From positions 2,528,001-2,592,000 of the forward strand of contig OZ253555.1 of the NCBI GenBank assembly GCA_965262725.1: a DNA stretch of 64,000 nucleotides, in the 5' to 3' direction. The notes below the pieces were generated by a model, which saw nothing but the letters and a program-made list of their open reading frames with translations, did not search any database and was not told the DNA's origin. Positions 57,217-64,000 of this stretch are shown piece by piece (the first letter of the stretch is position 1; each line of letters opens with the position of its first letter). Made by a program: the position numbers and the translations under genes. Source of the stretch: Dehalococcoidia bacterium. Its GTDB lineage: Bacteria > Chloroflexota > Dehalococcoidia > UBA2979.

Positions 57217-57402
57217 CTAGTGTCCTGAATTGGAAATGCGATTGAGATATCCGGTGAGGTTGTCCAGGATCTGGTCGGTGGTCTTGTGCGAGATGAAGCG
57301 CATCCGGTGCTCGTTCCAGTTGCGACCCAAGCCTCCACTGAGCGGACCAAGCCTGCGAGGCTCGGTGCGATTGTTTTCAGCATTTGCAACTCGGGACACT
57401 AG
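57217..57402 (-). mobile_element. IS630-derived MITE copy C
   Basis: Reverse complement of 53930-54116 with a few differences; CTAG ends; inserted between istB and the IS21 end. Confidence 0.88.
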
Positions 57403-57406
57403 CGCG

Positions 57407-58180
57407 TCAATCACCTCCCGTCTGCGCCTCGAGCAGGGCGCGGTGCGGCGAGAGCCGCTGGCGGTAGCTATCGCCCTCGATCACGATCTGGTAGCTGGCG
57501 TTCGCGAGCCGGTCGAGGGCGCTGTTGCCGAGGATCGGGTCGTCGAAGAGACCCAGCCATTCCTCCACGGCGCGGTTCGAGGTGATGACGAAGCTGGAGC
57601 TGCGGTGGCGCCCGATGACCAGCTCGTAGAGGTCGATGGACTGCTGCGCGCTGAGGCGATGGAGCCCGAGGTCGTCGAGGATGAGCAGGTCGGGCGCGAG
57701 GAAGCTTCGGAAGACCTTCTCGGCCGAGTGGTCGACGCGGGCCTGCGCCATCTCGCGGAAGTAGTGGTCGGCCGGGGCGAAGCGCACGCTGCGTCCGGAG
57801 CGGACGGCTGAGTAGCCGAGCGCTTGGGCTAAGAAGCTCTTGCCGACGCCGACGGGGCCGACGAGCAGGACGTGCTCGCGGCGATCGAGGAAGTGCAGCG
57901 AGAAGGCGGCGTCGAGCAGGCGGCGGTCGAGCCGGATGGCGGCCGCCCAGTCGAAGTCCTCGAGGCGGCAGAGCTGCTCGAAGCCGGCCTGGCGCAGGCG
58001 CAGCTCCAACCGCCCGTGGTCGCGGCGGCTCACCTCGTCGACGAGCAGGATCTGCAGGAAGTCCGCGTAGTCGAGGTGGTCGCGCCGCGCGAGGGCGATG
58101 CGCTCGGGCAACGTGTCGAGCATGCGGCCGAGCTTGAGGCGCTTGAGCAGCGGACGGAGGTCTGAGGTGGTGGCGGTCAT
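57407..58180 (-). CDS. istB: IstB-like ATPase
   Basis: GPVGVGKSF, LILDDLG, ITSNR, ALDRL. Confidence 0.92.
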   Translation of the reverse strand: MTATTSDLRPLLKRLKLGRMLDTLPERIALARRDHLDYADFLQILLVDEVSRRDHGRLELRLRQAGFEQLCRLEDFDWAAAIRLDRRLLDAAFSLHFLDRREHVLLVGPVGVGKSFLAQALGYSAVRSGRSVRFAPADHYFREMAQARVDHSAEKVFRSFLAPDLLILDDLGLHRLSAQQSIDLYELVIGRHRSSSFVITSNRAVEEWLGLFDDPILGNSALDRLANASYQIVIEGDSYRQRLSPHRALLEAQTGGD

Positions 58181-58423
58181 CGTGGTGCTCCTGTCGGGGT
58201 CTGCGTGCGGGACTGTGCGAAGACGGAGCCCGAGTGGGCGAAGCGCCCCGGAGGCGGCGGCAGCTCGGGCTGGTCTGGGGTGCTCTCCTGGTCGAGGGCG
58301 CGGACGAGGATGCGCTCGAGGCGGCGCACGTCGATGAGGTCGACCTCGAGCGCGCGGCGGCAGGCGGCATCGAGGCGGGCGGGGGAGTAGCGCTCGGCGA
58401 GGCGCAGCAGCTTGTGCCCCTAA

Positions 58424-61400
58424 CAGGCTGCTGAAAAAGCCGCTGCGGTGGTGGCGAGAGGCGTCGGGCGGCGCTGAAGCCGCCCCGCGGCGGTGCGGTC
58501 GTTGCTCCTGAGCTGCCCTGCGGCTGTCTGCAGGGGCTGCAGACAGGCAGGAGGGCGCACTGCGCCTACGCCGGGTCGAGTTCGAGTTTGGCGATGCGGA
58601 CCAGGTTGTAGGCCGATGCGTTGAGCTCCAGCCAGAAGCGGTTGGCGGCGGCTCCCACGTAGCGGAGCTTGCGGCCTCCGCCCACGGTCTTGATCCAGCC
58701 GAAGACCTCTTCGACGCGCTTGCGCCGGCGCTGACTCAGCGCGTAGCCGTCGTGCCGCGTCGTGCGCCCGTCGATTGCCCCGTGACCCCAGCGGTGGTCG
58801 TTGACCGCCACGTGCGGGGTCACCCCGCGCGAGCGCAGCTGCGCCACGAAGTCACGCGTGTCGTAGCCGCGGTCTGCTCCCAGCGTGGCGCGGCCTGTGG
58901 TGCTGCGCTCCACCATCGCGACTGCCGCCTCGCGCTCGGCGCGTCCGTGCGCTTCGGTGAGTTCGACGTCCACCACCAGGCCGTGCCGGTTCTCCGTCAA
59001 CAGGTGACCCATGTAGCTGAGCGCCGCTTTCTGCCCCCGCCCCTTGCGGTAGAGCCGCGCTTCGGGGTCCGTGCTGCTGGCGTGGGTGTCGCTGCGCCGC
59101 TGCTGCCCCCGGAAATCGACCTCCGGGTTGCGCCCGCCCCCGGACGGCGGGTCCTGGTCGTCGCGCGGGCGGTAGCTCTTCAGTGACGCCCACGCCTCGA
59201 GCAGCGTCCCGTCGACGGTGAAGTGCTCGGCCGAGAGCAGCCTGCGCCGCCTCGCCTCGGCCACCACCTCGGCGAAGAAAGCGCGTGCGACGCTGGCCGC
59301 GAGCAGGCGCTCGCGGTTCTTGGAGAACGTGGTGGCGTTGAAGGGCTCGTCTGAGATGTTGAGGTCCAGGAACCACTTGAACAGCAGGTCGTAGCGCAGC
59401 CGCTCGCAGAACTGGCGCTCGCTGCGGATCGAGTAGAGCGCGATCAGCAGGCTCGCCTTGAGCAGATGCTCGGGCGGGATCGAGGGCCGCCCCTCCGTTG
59501 AGTACATCGTGTCGAACAGCGGCGAGAGCCGCCGCAGCGCGGCATCGACGATCTGGGAATGATGCTCTGAATTGGCCCCACCTGGAGCCGTTTTGATCCT
59601 TTGAATTGGCCCCACCCCCGACCCATCCAGGACCTACGCTCGGGTGACTGCATGACTCCCGGAGCGAGGGAAGAGGAGTGTGTCGAGAGTGGAGCTGTTC
59701 GAGTCTATCCGACGGATGGCGAGGGAGGAGGAGCTGTCGATCCATGAGCTGGGACGCCGGCATGGCGTGCACCGGCGCACGGTGCGGCAGGCTCTTGGGT
59801 CGGCGATACCCCCGGAACGCAAGCAGGCGACCCGCGTGGCCCCGAAGCTCGGGCCGTACGTCTCGGTCATCCGGGGCTGGCTCGTGGACGACCTCAGCGC
59901 GCCGCGCAAGCAGCGGCACACGGCCCGGCGCATCTGGGAGCGCCTCGTCGACGAACACGGGGCGACGGTGGCCGAGCCCACGGTCCGCGCCTGCGTCGCG
60001 CGCCTGCGTCGCGAGATCCAGGGCGGGCGCGCGGTTGTGACGATCCCGCAGGTCCATCCTCCCGGCGAGGAGGCGGAGGTCGACTTCGGCACGGTGACGG
60101 TGTGGCTGGAGGGCGTCGAGACCCGGCTGGCGATGTTCGTGATGCGGCTCTCGCATTCGGGGCGGGCGGCGCACGTCTGCTTCGTCGGCGAGGGCCAGGA
60201 GTCTCTGCTCGAGGGGCACGTGGTCGCCTTCGAGCGGCTCGGCGGAGTGCCGCGGCGCATCCGCTACGACAATCTGACGGCGGCCGTCACCACCGTGCTG
60301 CAGGGACGCGAGCGCCTGCAGACCGAGCGCTTCATCGCGCTCCGCTCGCATTACGGCTTCGACAGCTTCTTCTGTGAGCCCGGCATCGAGGGCGCGCACG
60401 AGAAGGGCGGTGTGGAGGGCGAGGTCGGCCGCTTCCGCCGGCGGCACTTCGTGCCGGTCCCGAAGGTGGCGACCCTCGGCGAGCTGAACGAACGAGTGCG
60501 GGAGGCGGACCGCACCGACGACGCCCGGCACATCGAGAGCCGCCTCGCCACCGTCGGCGAGATGGGAGAGAACGAGAAGGCCTCGCTGTGTCCGCTTCCG
60601 GCGGAGCGCTTCGACCCGTCAATCCCGCTGCGCGCGAAGGTCGACCGCAAGGCGCGCATCGCCGTGCGTAGCTCCCGCTACTCGGTCCCGGCGGCCTATG
60701 CAGGCCGGAAGCTGGACGTGCGGCTGTCCGGGAACAGCCTGACCGTGTGGGCCGAGGGGCGTGAAGTCGCCCACCACGAGCGCAGCGCCCGCACCGGAGC
60801 AGAGGTCCTGCTGCTCGACCACTATCTGGAGGTGCTCGCGCGCAAGCCCGGGGCGGTCCCGGGCTCGGTGGCGCTCCAGCAGGCGCGTGCGAAGGGACAC
60901 GTCACAGCCGAGCATCAGCGCTTCTGGGACCGCGCCCGCCGCAAGCTCGGCGACCGCGCGGGCACGCAGGCGTACATCGAGGTCCTGCTCCTGCATCGCC
61001 ATCTTCCCTTCACGGCGGGGCACGCCGCGCTCGGGACGGTCAACAGGATCCAGTCGGTGAACCCCGAACTGGTCGCCATCGAGGCGCGCCGTCTCGCCGA
61101 CCGCAGGCCACCAGACGCCGCCGTCGAGAGACCGCACCTGGAGCGCTACGACCGACCTGCCCCGCTCCTCGATGGCTACGATGCGCTGCTCTCGGGTGAT
61201 TCCCGATGGCCCGGCACGTCGCCGGGCGGGCGCTCCCGCGCTCCGCGGTCTGCCGAGAACGCGTCGCACACCACCACAACCGCCGTCACCGCTGCGGTGT
61301 CGACGGCACGCTGACCACAGGAGGCACCCGATGACAGCACCCCTCACCGACCAGGCCGCGGAGCTGACAATCGAGGCGATCTGCCGCGAGCTCCGTCTCC

Positions 61401-62354
61401 CCACCGTCAGGAAGCAGGCGCTCCCGCTCGCCGAAGCCGCGGTCCGAGACCGGATCACCCATCTGGGCTATCTCGCCGAAGTGCTGGGAGCCGAACGCGA
61501 TGACCGTGAGGAGCGGCGCCGTCAGCGCCGTATCGTCGAGGCGCGGTTCCCGCGTTTCAAGTACCTCGCCGACTTCGACCTCGAGGCGGCGCCGACAGTC
61601 GACGCGCCGGCGCTCGCCACGCTGGAGCGCTGCGACTGGGTCGAAAGGGGCGAGCCCGTCGTCCTGCTCGGTGACAGCGGCACCGGGAAGTCACACCTGC
61701 TCATCGGCCTCGGCATGGCCGCCTGCCACCTGGGGCTGCGCGTGCGGTACATGACCACGGCCGCCCTGGTGAATGAACTGGCCGAAGCGTCGGATGATCG
61801 CGCGCTCTCACGCCTCGTCGCCCGCTACGGCCGCCTCGACCTGCTCTGCCTGGATGAGTTCGGGTACGTCCACCTCGACCCGCGCGGTGCCGAAATGCTG
61901 TTCCAGATCCTGACCGAGCGCGAGGAACGGGCATCGGTCGCCGTCGCCTCCAACTCCCCGTTCTCCGAGTGGGGCCGCATCTTCACCGACCCTCGTCTCG
62001 CCGCGGCCGTCGTTGACCGCCTCACCTACCGTGCCCATATCATCGAGACCGGCACCGAGTCCTACCGGCTCCGGGCCTCGACCTCCCCGAGAGGAGGTGC
62101 CCCAACGACCTGATCCCGGTCCCCGGGGGTGGGGCCAGATCAGAGGATCAAAGTGGGGCCAGATGTAAGCATCATTCCCAACGATCGGCTTGATGCGGCG
62201 AATCGGGTGGTCGTCCGGGATGAAGGAGTCCGGCGTCACCGCCAGCAGCATGTTCGTCTGACGCTCGGCGTCGCCTCGCATGGGGCAGCCTCCAGGCTAC
62301 GCCCCCGCCGCCAACTCCATCTTGCCAGACGATCAGGGGTTTTTCATCACCCTG
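58424..62354 (-). mobile_element. IS5-family (DUF772-type) element interrupted by IS21
   Basis: IRs CAGGCTGCTGAAAAA / TTTTTCATCACCCTG, CTAA duplication; transposase MRGDAERQ...IKPIV (62281-62181) | DAALRR...VDGT...GADRGYD...RVEEVFGW (59553-58566). Confidence 0.9.
59554..62180 (+). mobile_element. IS21-family element copy 2 (istA 59680-61314, istB 61331-62113)
   Basis: Near-identical to 30515-33141 (IstA R>C and V>G); 6-bp duplication ACGATC. Confidence 0.95.
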
Positions 62355-62470
62355 CTAATCCCTGATCCACCGAAGAAGAGTGCGCGAGCGGCTGGGGTTG
62401 GGTGCTCCGCTGTAGCTGGGACAATGGTTTTTGACCGAATCACGTCACAGCCACAGGGAGCACCCATTCG

Positions 62471-63796
62471 ATGTTAGCAACGAGCAGCCCCGACCGGATA
62501 CACATCGCCTTCGACGACGACCGCCTCGTGGACCACGCGGGCCTGCTGCTCCCGGCCACGCTCGCTGGCCGGCTCGGCCTCCGTGAACTGGCAGACGCCC
62601 ACCTCGACCTCGGTGACGCAGCGGGGCGGGCGAACGTCGGCGACAAGCTGATGACTCTCATCGCCTCGGCGCTCGCGGGCGGCGACTGCATCGATGACGC
62701 CGATGCCATGCGCTCAGGCGGCGCCGGGCGCGTGCTCGGCTGCACGGTGAAGGCGCCGTCCACCCTCGGGACGTTCCTGCGCAGCTTCCGCTGGGGCCAC
62801 GTCCGCCAGCTCGACCGCGTCAGCCGCGAGTTGCTGGCCCGCAGTTGGGCGGCCGGGGCGGGACCCGGCGCGGCACCGTTCACGATCGACCTCGACTCGA
62901 CGCTCTGCGAGACCTACGGACTGGCGAAAGAGGGCGCCCGGCACCACGGCTACACGGGCGTGCGCGGCTATCACCCGCTGCTCGCGGTGGCGGCCGGGAC
63001 GGGTGAGGTGCTGATGGCCCGGCTGCGCGGGGGCCGTGCCAACACCGCTCGGGGGGCCGCCCACTTCCTGCGTGAGACGGTGGGCCGGGTGCGCGACGCC
63101 GGGGCGAGCGGGCAGCTCACGGTGCGCGCCGACAGCGGCTTCTACAACCACGCTGTCGTCGCCGTCTGTCGCAAGCAGGATGTCCGCTTCTCCATCACCA
63201 TTCGCCAGCAGCCGAACGTACGCCGGCTGATCGAGGCGATACCGGAAGAGGACTGGACGCCGATCCCGTACTGGCAGGACGACGGCGCCGCTGTCGCCGA
63301 GACGACCTACACGCCGTTCCAGCACACGAGGGACGCCACCGCGGTGCGGCTCATCGTGCGGCGCGTCAAGCCGACGCCCGGCTCACAGCTCGCGCTCTTC
63401 GTGAACTACAGTTACCACGCCTTCATCACCGATCGCGCGGGGGAGATGATGGAGCTGGAGGCCGACCATCGCCGTCACGCCGAGATCGAGAACGCGATCC
63501 GCGACCTCAAGTACGGCGTCGGGTTGAACCATCTCCCCTCGGGCCGCTTCGCCGCGAACGCGGCGTGGCTCGCGGTGCAGGTGATCGCGCACAACCTCGC
63601 CCGCTGGACGGCACGCCTCGGGCTCGGCGAGGGGATCGTGACGACCAGGACGCTCAGGCGGCGCTACTTCTCTCTCGCCGGACGGCTCACCCACTCTGCC
63701 CGGCGGTGGACCCTGCACCTCCCGAAGCGCTGGCCCTGGGCCGGGCAGCTGGCAGCCGCGCTCGCGCGACTACGGGCGATACCGCTCCCGACCTGA
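62471..63796 (+). CDS. IS1380-family transposase
   Basis: HAGL, APSTLGTFL, IDLDST, GYHPL, VRADSGF, HRRHAEIENAIRDLK, LPSGRFAANAAW. Confidence 0.93.
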   Translation: MLATSSPDRIHIAFDDDRLVDHAGLLLPATLAGRLGLRELADAHLDLGDAAGRANVGDKLMTLIASALAGGDCIDDADAMRSGGAGRVLGCTVKAPSTLGTFLRSFRWGHVRQLDRVSRELLARSWAAGAGPGAAPFTIDLDSTLCETYGLAKEGARHHGYTGVRGYHPLLAVAAGTGEVLMARLRGGRANTARGAAHFLRETVGRVRDAGASGQLTVRADSGFYNHAVVAVCRKQDVRFSITIRQQPNVRRLIEAIPEEDWTPIPYWQDDGAAVAETTYTPFQHTRDATAVRLIVRRVKPTPGSQLALFVNYSYHAFITDRAGEMMELEADHRRHAEIENAIRDLKYGVGLNHLPSGRFAANAAWLAVQVIAHNLARWTARLGLGEGIVTTRTLRRRYFSLAGRLTHSARRWTLHLPKRWPWAGQLAAALARLRAIPLPT

Positions 63797-64000
63797 CGCC
63801 CGCTCACAGCGCCGAACCGGAGCCGAAGCTCGCGCCAGCATGCCCGCGCACGCCTCGCGCACCCTCGCGCCCGCACCCTCAGCGCCCCCGAGCGGCGCTG
63901 AGCGACGACTCCTGGCTCCGGCCCGCCCCCGGCGCCGCCCGGCGAACGCCGACACACCCGTCGAACTCTCCGGCAGCCCGGCACCCCGCCTCGTCAAGCT

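Larger units (their letters stand above)
57129..58419 (-). mobile_element. Second, distinct IS21-family element, truncated (istA 3' fragment 58177-58419)
   Basis: End TGTCGATCGCCAGGGTCATTGAGCCAC with internal repeat TCGCCACGGTCATTAGACCAC; IstA C-terminus KLLRLAERYSPARLDAACRRAL. Confidence 0.8.

Overview
GC-rich bacterial window that is almost entirely a defence island riddled with mobile elements. Left to right: a type I-G (I-U) cas operon (cas7-csb2-cas3-short cas8-cas4, running off the left edge; no array in the window) headed by an unannotated 43-aa basic ORF; gene relics and two degenerate tRNA-like 3' halves; an 862-nt ORF-less group II intron; a Rad50/SMC-like zinc-hook ATPase with a small partner; an orphan restriction-like nuclease; an HNH + Druantia-like operon; a MORC/GHKL ATPase with a partner, divergent from an unusual HhH-[4Fe-4S] DNA glycosylase::C5-cytosine methyltransferase fusion; a four-level nest (gene > IS630-derived MITE > RT group II intron > ORF-less intron + IS21); Gabija-like, DUF4041/GIY-YIG (PD-lambda-1/SNIPE-like) and Azaca-like defence modules; and a cluster of IS5, IS21, IS1380 and MITEs, many stacked at CTAG sites. 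The best candidates for a new system are the glycosylase-methyltransferase fusion with its MORC module and the retargeted non-autonomous intron that parasitises its helper's RT gene. All family assignments come from motif recognition by eye, not database searches.
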